Of a stretch of 64,000 nucleotides of DNA, positions 53,432 through 64,000 are shown piece by piece. Under the pieces are notes generated by a model. The model did not search any database and was not told where the DNA came from. It worked only from the letters and a program-made list of their open reading frames with translations. Both the position numbers and the translations under genes were made by a program. The DNA comes from Phoronis australis (Eukaryota > Animalia > Phoronida): contig NMRA01000235.1 in assembly GCA_002633005.1 (NCBI GenBank), positions 535,697-599,696 of the forward strand. The letters are read 5' to 3'. Position 1 is the first letter of the stretch; each line of letters opens with the position of its first letter.

Positions 53432-53522
53432 ATTTCCAATGTAACTGTTGTTATGGACAACGTGGTCCCTGTAGCTGGAAAGGATGTTGCCATAGTTTCA
53501 ATTGCAGCTGCTGTAATTTCCA
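53432..53522 (-). CDS. Duplicate or allelic copy of the 91-nt exon
   Basis: EITAAAIETMATSFPATGTTLSITTVTLE, with splice sites intact. Confidence 0.7.
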
Positions 53523-53834
53523 CTGAAAAATCACGAGAAGCTACAAATACAGTACCTTCTTCAATACCACTTGTCCAAGTAACTTTAAGCATTCTGTTTC
53601 CAGTACCAGAAGTCTAATCACAAGAAAAGTCGTAAATACTGACATTTCCAAATTCAACGTTCTTAACAAAAAACACCTTCAAGGAGAAAATGTCGAACAA
53701 AAATCAAGACAAAGTACACACAAACACACAGACAGACACACACACACATATATCTTATATACATAAACACACACACAAATATATTTATACATACATGTAT
53801 ATATATATATATATTTATAAGCATACACAAACGC

Positions 53835-53869
<35 letters not shown>

Positions 53870-53943
53870 CATACACGCCCACACACATGCATGCGCACAC
53901 AAAATTAAATGTGTGTGTTTGGGTCTGTGTGTCTGTGTGTACA

Positions 53944-56900
53944 TGTCGCAGAATGTGTTACAGTGTTTTTGCTTCATTCAGTTTAGTCATCGTAATACAT
54001 CAATTACTGTTGTGGTTTATCACCACTTTTTTAGGCTAGAAGGTTAGTAACGCTTAATGTTACTAGAACACTTTCACTTGGATGTCTTGTAGTAGTATCA
54101 GTATTTTTATGAGTTGATTAGTAGTGGTTTCTCCGCAATGAGAGTTGTTCTACTCGTGTAAAGTTTGCACTCTTCAATATACTAGTCAAGACTCATCTCT
54201 TGTGTTCTTGCCTACGAACCAACTCTGCGTACGATAGCCAAACCGCATTTTCCCCGTCTACGCCACATTTTGGTGCCGTGACCGTGGATTTAAGACTGAC
54301 TGCCTCACGTCATCGTTCAACTCATATACTAGCTACCTTGGTCACTTCTTTGAAACGCCTGAAGTCAAAACGCGCCGCACAGAAAGGACAAGTCATCACC
54401 CTGTAAAACCGTCTATACGAGCTACCGCCTTCGTCATCTAAGAGCAAACTTCTAATGCGTAGCCTTAACACCAAGCTGAATACTCAACACTCCCGTCAAC
54501 AAAACCTGCCGTGCTCACTGCACCCTCAACTGGAAATATACGTCCACCCAAGATGGAACTACCTCGCTTTTCTGGCGACCGATTGGACTTCCCCACATTT
54601 TCGGACAATCACCAGCTTCCGGTTCGTCAAAAACTTCAACTATTTGTTCTCGGTGATTGATGGACCTGCCAAGGAAGTTATAAGTGGACTCAGTCTGACG
54701 CCCTAAAATAATAATATTGCAAAAGAACTTCTCATAGAACGTTATGGTCCAGTAACAAAACTCAAAGCCGATATCTTCCGTTTGCTCCAGTGGCTGCCAC
54801 ATTCATCACAAGGAAAGTTCGGACAATTTTACGCACACCTGGAAAAAGTCCTTCGTACGCTTGACTCAGTTGATTCTTATGGTAACAAGGACTTTCCCGT
54901 TACCCTTGTGTTAGACAAGTTGCCAATCGAGATACAGCGAAAGATAGCACGCCACAACAATGGAAGTTTAGAATGCGACCTTGCCACTCTGCACGCGTAT
55001 ATAAAACCTGAACGCGATATTATGGCGACAGGTAACCACCATCACAACCAGGTGTTCGCCAGTCCCAGTGATTACTGTTCAACGGCTGCCTTCCAAACCA
55101 GCGCCAGAATGTACAAGACCAATCCACAGCGTAAGTTATGCTTTTATTGTTCGGGCGATCGCATACGCACTCACTGTCCAACACTCATTTCTTACGATTC
55201 TTGCTTAATTATGGCTAACAAAAAGAAAACGTGTTTTACTTGTCAAGGCAACCACAGAATAGCTTACTGGCACTCCCGCATCACCTGTCGCCAAGGCAAT
55301 TCGAAACAACACAGCAGCTTATGTCGAAAGCCCAAAACAGAGACCCCTCAATAGCAAAAGTTATTCTTGACCAGTTTGCCACCAGTGACAAAAGCCGCTG
55401 CTGAACCCGACCACGAGCCTAACCCCCAAGCTAGCGTCGACACTACGGTCACGCACATCACCTCACCTAATACCATGGAGCTGTTAAAAACATCTACGGC
55501 TCCTGTTAGCTATGGGGAATTCAACACCTGTTTGACCAACATTTTATTTGACGTAGGGGTTCAACGATACTTCATTACCACTTCCCTCACTTCTAATCTT
55601 GGCCTTCGGCCCACTCGTCAAGAGAAAATTCAAGTGACTACCGTTGGGGCCCCTCAGCAATAAGACGCAAAATCCTATGATGTGACGATTCTCATTGTGC
55701 TTTCTCCCAAACGTGAGCTTATACTCGTCTAAGTTGCCGTCGTCCCTCGCGTCACGACCCCGCTATCTATGAACATGACAACTCTCAATTGCTGCAAGCA
55801 CATCAAGGGCCTCAGTCTTGCAAACAGCCCCACTCATGAAGGCTTCTTTGAAGTAAACATGCTCATTGGAGCCGATCATTCTTGGATCTTCGTTTTAGAC
55901 AAAGTTGTCCGCGGCGACGGACCAGTAGCCGTCAACTCAAAATTTGGGCTCTTAAGTTCAGGCCCTTTAACAACGAAAGAGAGATGTTTCCCTTCAACAT
56001 CTGTACATTTTGTATCAGCGCCCACCATGAATTTAGAAAGATACTGGGAACTAGAATCAATTAGCATTCACCAAAACTCTACTTCTACCGACGATGGCAA
56101 GCTCACACCCTTCTAACAGGTCATCGCCCAACTTAAAGACGGCCAGTATGAGGTGAAACTTCCGTGGAAACCAGACCACGGGGACCTCCACTCCAACTAT
56201 ACCGTTTCTTACTCTCGCACTCGCTTTATGGTGAAACGTTTAGACCCCGACACTCTATCCCAATATGACCAAATTATTAAAAAACAATTTACCGCAGGGA
56301 TTATTGAGAAAGCCTCTGGTGACCATAACGGTCATTTTATCCTACATCGAGCATGTATTCGACCTGACTCTAAAACCACGCCTGTACGCTTGGTATAGGA
56401 CTGCAGCTGTAAGTCCGACCCTGCCAGCCCATCCCTGGGAGACTGTCTCCAAGTAGGCCCCTCAGTAATCGATGACTAGTGCGCCATTCTGTTGCGGTTT
56501 CCTTTGCACAAAATTGACCTGCCTGCCGACCTCGAAAAGGCCTGTCACCAAATCCAGGTACAAAAATGTAATCGAGACTACCTTAAAGTTATATGGCTTT
56601 GAGACCCTGACAGTGGTTTTGTAGCCTACCGCTTTCGCACTGCACTGTTTGGTGCTGTATGCTCAGCGTTTCCTTTGAATGCGATAGTGCGTTACCAACT
56701 TGACTGCTATGATAACGACCCCATTGCCTCAGACATCAAACTCAACTATTTTATCGACAATACAATTACCAGCTGCCCTACTGTTGACCATTCACTAAAA
56801 TATTTGACCGCAGTCGGTCCATCATGAAGGCAGCTGGCTTGAATTTGCGTTCTTGGGCTTCTTCGGACAAGACTGTTCGAGACACAGCTGTTAAGCATAA

Positions 56901-57742
56901 AGATGCTGACAACTCTACTAGCGTAAAATTACTGGGAATCAATTGAGACACTCAAGCAGACAGCGTTAATCTAATGAGCCATCACCGTAGTGATTCCAAC
57001 CTATCAATGTCACGGCTCTCAGTGTGTGATTTAGACAGGGGCACCAAAGGTGCTCGTGCCCCCCTAATATTCACACGTTTACTCCTAAAATCGGCATGGC
57101 CACACCAATTATTGACGGCATTGTGATTTTTTATCGGTGATGCAGAGGTGGACAGGTGACCCTTGCCTCGACGTTCAGGCACCATATCACAGGCCTGCAA
57201 CCACCAACTTCAAGGGAGAGTTCGAAGTGCACATTTTCTTTGAGGCATAACGTAGAACTGTCGTGAGGACTTTACAGGGACCTCAGGGGTCTCACACTCT
57301 GCTGATTTATCCACATTATTTTGAAGACGCTTTGCCCAATCACACATCGGGTGTCATAAAAGATAAGCATACCTGCAGCTGACGTAGCAAGTAGAACTAC
57401 TCTCGTTAGTCACATTGGTGTAGACTCACAGTTGAACTGTGGTTTTCTGTTGACCCCAGACCGTCCGGAGTTGCACCATGTCCCAACTACGGACGGTCTC
57501 TCACGACGATTTAGCGTCATGGGAGGTCGAATTTTCAAAAAAATTGAACCTTGACTTCGAGCTTGGTGTTTTACCCTAGTTATCCCGTTGCTCACGTCAG
57601 CAAATACGCCATTCAACCTTTTGAGTCCACTTAATTGGTTCCTGGTCAACCTCTGTACTCACGATGATCGTTTCTGACGAGGGCCGAAATTGTGCTCAAT
57701 GTTTGCTGCTCCTCCGTCATGTTACTATCATGAGACAAGCCG
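53944..57742 (+). mobile_element. BEL/Pao LTR retrotransposon, decayed copy 2
   Basis: LTR at 53944-54267, PBS at 54271, gag with three degenerate knuckles (CFYC.., CFTC..H, CRQ..H..LC), protease ILFDVGVQRYFIT and MLIGAD, plus RT and RNase H remnants with stops. Confidence 0.9.
57259..57508. mobile_element. 250-bp solo-LTR-like insertion inside the BEL RNase H region
   Basis: Inverted termini tgtcgtgag ... ctcacgacg. It is absent from copy 1 and splits an FxDASxxAF-like motif. Confidence 0.55.
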
Positions 57743-58310
57743 TGTGTGGTTTTTAGCGACCTCATTAGTGTTCGTTAAATGGCTCGTTCACTGATTTTGG
57801 TTTCCAGTATCTTTGGGTGGATTTTTAAATAAAAACCAAAGGCAAACAAATTTACCCTAGGCCATTTTGTAACTTTGTCAAGCCAATGCTTTGGATTAAA
57901 TATATGACCGCCGAAATATAAATGCATTGTTCATAATTCAAAATAATTCAGTCCGAATTCACTCACATCTTAATGTTTTAAGATCATTCAATCAGAAACA
58001 AGTCATAAACAACAATACTTTCGCTTTAGGGAATAAGATATTAAATCATGGGCAAATCAGTGACTTTTCGTTGAACTTCTTGAATTTTAGCAGCCATCTT
58101 CAATTTTGTATCAAATACTGATCATGTCTGAGGTTTAACCAGCGCAGGGTGTTGTTCACCCCTTGAAACCATAGACTAGAACCAAAAATTATTTCGCTAT
58201 CGCAATTATTGAAGAAAGTTATATCCGTGTTTACAGTTATTTCGAAATTAAAATGACGCGGTTTCAACCCATTTCCGATCATAAGATTTTGGTAGACATT
58301 TTCCTGTTGA

Positions 58311-58898
58311 TAAGTATACCCAGTAAGGACTAAAACCATTGTAAAACCTTTTGTTGCAATTTGTCGTGCTTTGGGTGACTATTTGTCATAAATTGATCCT
58401 CTCATGGAGTAAGCAGGTGTTTATAAATTGGCAACAACGAAATGCGGTGATAGGCTACGGCGGGTAAATAAGGTACATGCACCTGTAGGTGAGGAAGATT
58501 TACCTTGAAAACTATTGTCTCTGGACTGTAACTGAAGCACTGAAGTATGGTATGAGGACTTAAATTTTCCAAAGGTTTGCTGTGTTTCACAATGGTATTT
58601 TGATAATTTTGTCTCTCGCTCGTATTTATTTTCGTGTACGCTTCCAATCACACTGCCAAATAAACTTGAAACTTGAAGCATGTACTCGGAATTTTTTCTC
58701 AAACTCGTACTCTAAATATAGATGTGGTACATTTCACTTCCAGTGCACTCGAAAAGTGAGTATTTGCTCGAAATTTCGAGTACAGATTTTTCAAGTTTGA
58801 CACTCTATACACCAAAGATGAGGCTGAATTCGAGGTGAGTATAAAGTGTGAATTTGAGTCTGAGTCGAGTCTGAGTGCGACGATTGTAGACCATGCCC
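58311..58898 (-). mobile_element. Harbinger element end with transposase N-terminal remnant (second copy at about 60339-60920)
   Basis: KPLENLSPHTILQCFSYSPETIVFKVNL...LLPIYKHLLT is HARBI1-like. The terminus gattgtagaccatgccc resembles the 21731 TIR. Confidence 0.55.
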
Positions 58899-59599
58899 TT
58901 GTGCGTTTTTTACTGTCAGTCTCAATCTTTAGACAATTATTCTGCAGTGACAACATAGTTTGCGTGACATGCCCTGAGCATTGGCTGGTTTTAAGTCACA
59001 AAATATCGGTGTACGTCTATTAAGTAGACACGTATTGAGGAAATCATTGCTCTGATCAACTGATCAAGTTTTCGTTGTCAGATTCTATTATTGTGATCTC
59101 CAGTTCCCGGAATCTTTTCAAAGTACTATGGCTATATTTCTGCCTCAGATGATTAACAATGTTGATTTTGGCCAAGAATCTAATCGCAAGCGCAAACGTA
59201 AAGAGTGAAATATCCAAATCCAACAATTCGGTTTATTACAAATATACCATGTTGAGGAAAAATTACTACGCAGGGGAATGTTTCTTTTTTGCGTTGTTGC
59301 ATTTTATTACGCATTAGGGAAATGCGGACAAGGACACGTCATCACAGATTGCAAAACAATCACATTGCGTTACTCATCCGTATAAAGCCTGTATCAAGCA
59401 CACTTTCGCAGCATGATAGTATACAATTCACGTCCACCCTCAGGCTATAACAAAAAGACATCTAACTAGAGCATCAGCTTGGTCATTTGGCCAAATTTTT
59501 AGGGTATCCTTATGCTTATCGCAACTGATTTGATCTTGGCTGATGTTGATAACTGAAAGCAAGCAAGCAAATCAAGACGTTTTATAGGAGTATATTGTA

Positions 59600-60333
59600 A
59601 AGAGCTCATGACCCAGTTTTTTCCCAAATATTTGATGTAAATTTACTTCATACATCCAGAGAAATATTGAAGTTTGTAGCTAATGGACTCATCCTTTTTC
59701 AAGGAAACGTTTCTTCGCACCATAAAATGCCCCTTTGGCGCATTTGCAGGACTGGGATCCAATTCAACACACCCAGCGTTCAGTCAAGGAGTAAGTGGCC
59801 GCACTGACATATCTGTTTACATATCTCCTGTTTCCCTGCCCTGTTAATGAGACAGGTTGAACTCTATTACCAGCCGGTCTCAACGCCACCAAACGTCTCT
59901 ACCAGTTACTCTGCAGTGGGTTTCCCACAACACAATATAGTATGGTCTCAAATACATCCTCGTCGAAGTTAATGCGCATCGTACACATGGACATTAATAT
60001 CACGACATGCACCTACAGTCACAGATATGTTTTCAACTCTCCTCACTAGGAAATACCTTGTTTCTCAATAGTATCAAGTTATTCATTAACCAACCACTTG
60101 ATTAGAAATTCACAAATTAACGGTTAAATATTCTACCACTGGCTTAGATCTATCAATTTGGGTCCGAGAATGGATTGTCCCGGCAGACACGTTTTTATCG
60201 TGTTGTCATCACCTGACGCTGTCGGCAGAACGTAAACACTGGCAATGGACGTTTACGCTCCTTAACCACCCATGCTTTTCTAATTTAGTACTGGTCATTT
60301 GCCAGATACTGTATGTTACTCATTCCACATATA
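59600..60333 (-). pseudogene. PIF1-family helicase pseudogene (Helitron/Helentron-like or viral origin)
   Basis: Motifs occur in PIF1 order across stops and frameshifts: SGK* (Walker A), VYVLPT, AGTIHS (60167-60178), VILMSM, disrupted PFGG, AGNRVQPV, and VEL..MRQ. Confidence 0.6.
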
Positions 60334-61819
60334 NTTGGTAAGTATACCCAGTAGGGACTAAAACCATTGCAAAACCTTTTGTTGCAATATGTTGTGGGTC
60401 GGGTGATTATTTGTCATAAATTGACCCGTTCATGGAGTAAGCAGGTGTTTATAAATTGGCAATAATGAAATGCAGTGATAGGCTACGGCGGGTAAATAAT
60501 ATACATGTAGGTGAGGAAGATTTACCTTGAAAACTATTGTCTCTGGACTGTAACTGAAGCACTGAAGCATGGTATGAGGACTTAAATTATCCAAAGATTT
60601 GCTGTGTCTCACAGGGGTCTTTTGATATTCTTGTTTCTCACTCGTATTTATTTTCGTGTATGCTTCCAATCACACTGCCAAATAAAATAGAAATTTGGGG
60701 CATGTACTCGGAATTTTTTCTCAAACTCGTAATCTAAATATAGATGGCATACATTTCACTTCGAGTGCACTCGAAAAGTGAATATTTGCTCGAAATTTCG
60801 AGTACAGATTTTTCGAGTTTGACATTGTACACACCAAAGATGAGGCTGAACTCGAGGTGAGTATAAAGTGTGAATTTGAGTCTGAGTCGAGTCTGAGTGC
60901 GGAGATTGTAGACCGTGCCCTCGTGCCGTTTTTACTGTCAGTCTCAATCTTTAGAAAATTATTCTGCAGTGACAACATAGTTTGCGTGACATGCCCTGAG
61001 CATTGGCTGGTTTTAAGTCACAAAATATCGGTGTACGTCTATTGAGTAGACACGTATTGAGGAAATCATTGCTCTGATCAACTGATCAAGTTTTCGTTGT
61101 CAGATTCTATTATTGTGATCTCCAGTTCCCGGAATCTTTTCAAAGTACTATGGCTATATTTCTGCCTCAGATGATTTACAATGTTGATTTTGGCCAAGAA
61201 TCTAATCGCAAGCGCAAACGTAAAGAGTGAAATATCAAAATCCAACAATTCGGTTTATTACAAATATACCATGTTGAGGAAAAATTACTACGCAGGGGAA
61301 TGTTTCTTTTTTGCGTTGTTGCATTTTATTACGCATTAGGGAAATGCGGACAAGGACACGTCATCACAGACTGCAAAACACATTGCGTTACTCATCCGTA
61401 TAAAGCCTGTATCAAGCACACTTTCTCAGCATGATAGTATACAATTCACGTCCACCCTCAGGCTATAACAAAAAGACATCTAACTAGAGCATCAGCTTGG
61501 TCATTTGGCCAAATTTTTAGGGTATCCTTATGCTTATCGCAACTGATTTGATCTTGGCTGATGTTGATAACTGAAAGCAAGCAACCAAATCAAGACGTTT
61601 TAGAAGAGTATGTGGAAATCGGTTTACATTCGAATTAAAGCTGGCTATTTTTAGACTCTTACGATATTCTATTTTAACCAATTCATGCACGTTCTAGAAT
61701 TTTTCAGAATATTCATTATGTAAACTTATACAAGGCTCAAAAATGTTTCACACTACATTAATCACTATTATGCTAGAAAAATTTTAAACGCTCTCTACCA
61801 TACAAACATAAACAAACTG

Positions 61820-61985
61820 CACCACTGCTGGCTTGACCTGATAGGCCATGTCAATCAGTAGCTACACGTTAGTACACCACTACTGGCTTGACCTGATGGG
61901 CCATGTCAATCAATACCTACACGTTAGTACACCACTACTGGCTTGACCTGATGGGCTATGTCAATCAATAGCTATACGTTAGTAC
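61820..61985. repeat. Minisatellite, 3 copies of about 55 bp
   Basis: caccact(g/a)ctggcttgacctgat(a/g)ggc(c/t)atgtcaatca...cgttagta is repeated three times. Confidence 0.9.
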
Positions 61986-62104
61986 ACAAAAACAACAATC
62001 AATTAATAAAGTTAATGACAGTGTAAGTCTATTCCTGACAAAATACCATGGACAGTTTTCAATATGATTTTATTTATTAACAGTGTCTTCAGAAACCAAT
62101 GGTT

Positions 62105-62850
62105 GTAAAGAGCTCCTGACCCAGTTTTTTCCCAAATATTTGATGTAAATTTACTTCATACATCCAGAGAAATATTGAAGTTTGTTGGTAATGGGCTCCT
62201 CCTTTTTCAAGGGAACGTTTCTTCGCACCATAAATTGCCCCTTTGGAGCATTTGCAGGACTGGGATCCAATTCAGCACACCCAGCGTTCAGTCAAGGAGT
62301 AAGTGGCCGCACTGACATATCTGTTTACATATCTGCTGTTTCCCTGCCCTGTTAATGAGACAGGTTGAACTCTATTACCAGCCGGTCTCAACGCCACCAA
62401 AGGGTCTCTACCAGTTACTCTGCAGTGGGTTTCCCACAACACAATATAGTATGGTCTCAAATACATCCTCGTCGAAGTTAATGCGCATCGTACACATGGA
62501 CATTAATATCACGACATGCACCTACAGTCACAGATATGTTTTCAACTCTCCTCACTAGGAAATACCTTGTTTCTCAATAGTATCAAGTTATTCATTAACC
62601 AACCACTTGATTAGAAATTCACAAATTAACGGTTAAATATTCTACCACTGGCTTAGATCTATCAATTTGGGTCCGAGAATGGGTTGTCCCGGCAGACACG
62701 TTTTTATCGTGTTGTCATCACCTGACGCTGTCGGCAGAACGTAAACACTGGCAATGGACGTTTACGCTCCTTAACCACCCATGCTTTTCTAATTTAGTAC
62801 TGGTCATTTGCCAGATACTGTATGTTACTCATTCCACATATAACCCATTC
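62105..62850 (-). pseudogene. Second copy of the PIF1-family helicase pseudogene
   Basis: RPFGG is intact (62393-62404), with the variant GTTHS and the other motifs as in the first copy. Confidence 0.6.
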
Positions 62851-63107
62851 CTAAAGAGTCAATTACAGCGCTGCCTAACCACCCCTGTATGCGCTCATTT
62901 CATGCTGATTTTCGTCTATAGCCAGTGGATATGCAATTGTGCAATTTGCCCATTTGACATTTAAGTTCGTGTACTCGGTTGTTTATCACGTTCATAGATT
63001 TTCACAATGGTTATTCTAACTGTTTTGATTTACATGTAATTAATGCTGCTCTGCCCAAATCCACGGCAGTTGATTGCACCATCTAGCTACGAAATGGAGT
63101 TTTTACT

Positions 63108-63412
63108 CAGGGGCGGATGCAGGATTCTGAGTTGGGGGGCCAAGGCACAGGAATAACCAGAATTTTGCCTCATGCACGCGCCCAGCCTAAAATGAAGAAA
63201 TGCATGGGGAATCAAATATTTGGGTTTGGGAACTTTATTACTAAAAACGTGGTTTGTTCAAGGGCTATGCATTGTGCATTCGCCTCCCGCGCCCCCCTGG
63301 TGCGCGTATATGCTAGTCAGCGATTCGCACCCCCAACTGCCAAATGGAATATGAGAAAATTTTAGGGGGGGGGGCACGGCCCCCTTGCCCCCCCCCCCCA
63401 AATCCGCCACTG
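63108..63412. mobile_element. hAT-like MITE
   Basis: Inverted termini caggggcggatgc ... aaatccgccactg with G/C-run subtermini, similar to the 52490 element. The TSD is unclear. Confidence 0.75.
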
Positions 63413-63469
63413 CTTTTAGACAATTTTTACGATGTACCGCCCAAGAGCTAGTTTTTGCTTGTAGTATTG

Positions 63470-63680
63470 ATCATTTATGATCATGTATTTATCATATATA
63501 AATATATATTTACCATACATTATAATCATATATTTATCATATACATAATCATATATTTATCATACATGTATATAATCATATAGTTATCATATATAATCAT
63601 AAAATTATCATATATAATCGTATATTTATTATATATAGTCATATATTTATCATATATAATCATATATTAATATATACAAT
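63470..63680. repeat. AT-rich minisatellite (about 21-bp units, tttatcatatataatcatata)
   Basis: Visible degenerate tandem units. Confidence 0.85.
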
Positions 63681-63934
63681 CCTGCGTCATTTAAGCTTTA
63701 GTAGAGTCCCATGTATCTTAAAATATATTTATAACACCTGTAGCGCCTCTAGGATAACATGAGAAGGCATCACTTTCCATTATTGGTGTGGGGATGTCCC
63801 CCTCCCAAACACCCGCGTACACTTATACATGTAATAAGACCTCCAGGATTCGGATTATTAAACCAAAATGTTTTCCTTGTCATTTTCGTTGCGTTTTTGT
63901 ATGCGTTTAGGCGACTGGGATCATCCTCCCCGAA

Positions 63935-64000
63935 CCCCTCTCTCGCTCTCCCCCTCTCTCACTCTCCCCCTCTCTCCCTCTCCCCCTCTCTCCCTCTCAC
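63935..64000. repeat. CT-rich low-complexity tract
   Basis: Visible. Confidence 0.9.

Larger units (their letters stand above)
45130..57742. repeat. Diverged direct duplication (45130-50357 vs 50775-57742) joined at an N (50774)
   Basis: Both copies start gaataaataattact and are collinear through the exons and the BEL element. They carry many substitutions and indels. Confidence 0.95.
58311..62842. repeat. Direct duplication (58311-60333 vs 60339-62842) joined at an N (60334)
   Basis: The copies are collinear, and the second has about 500 extra bp at about 61610-62103. Confidence 0.95.

Overview
This is an AT-rich, repeat-dense eukaryotic window, probably from an invertebrate animal. It has no long intact ORF and no prokaryotic features. 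Most of it is decayed transposable elements: THAP, HIRAN-like, hAT and Harbinger DNA-transposon remnants, two Kolobok-type TTAA elements, a Penelope-like GIY-YIG tail with a complete hammerhead-ribozyme fold, a 5-kb head-to-tail Helentron/HINE-like array, Tx1/L1 and CR1/L2 LINE fragments, two reciprocally deleted BEL/Pao LTR copies, and a PIF1-helicase pseudogene present twice. Host-gene material consists of a minus-strand array of duplicated 84-91-nt Ser/Thr-rich (mucin-like) exons at about 33-53.5 kb and a frameshifted kringle exon at 19.7 kb. Three direct duplications each meet at a single N, so they are probably uncollapsed haplotypes. Comparing their copies shows insertion polymorphisms, including TA-to-TACATGTA changes that match Tc1/mariner excision footprints. 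I cannot demonstrate a new biological system from sequence alone. The best leads are the phase-symmetric exon array, the TACATGTA footprints and the Penelope hammerhead.
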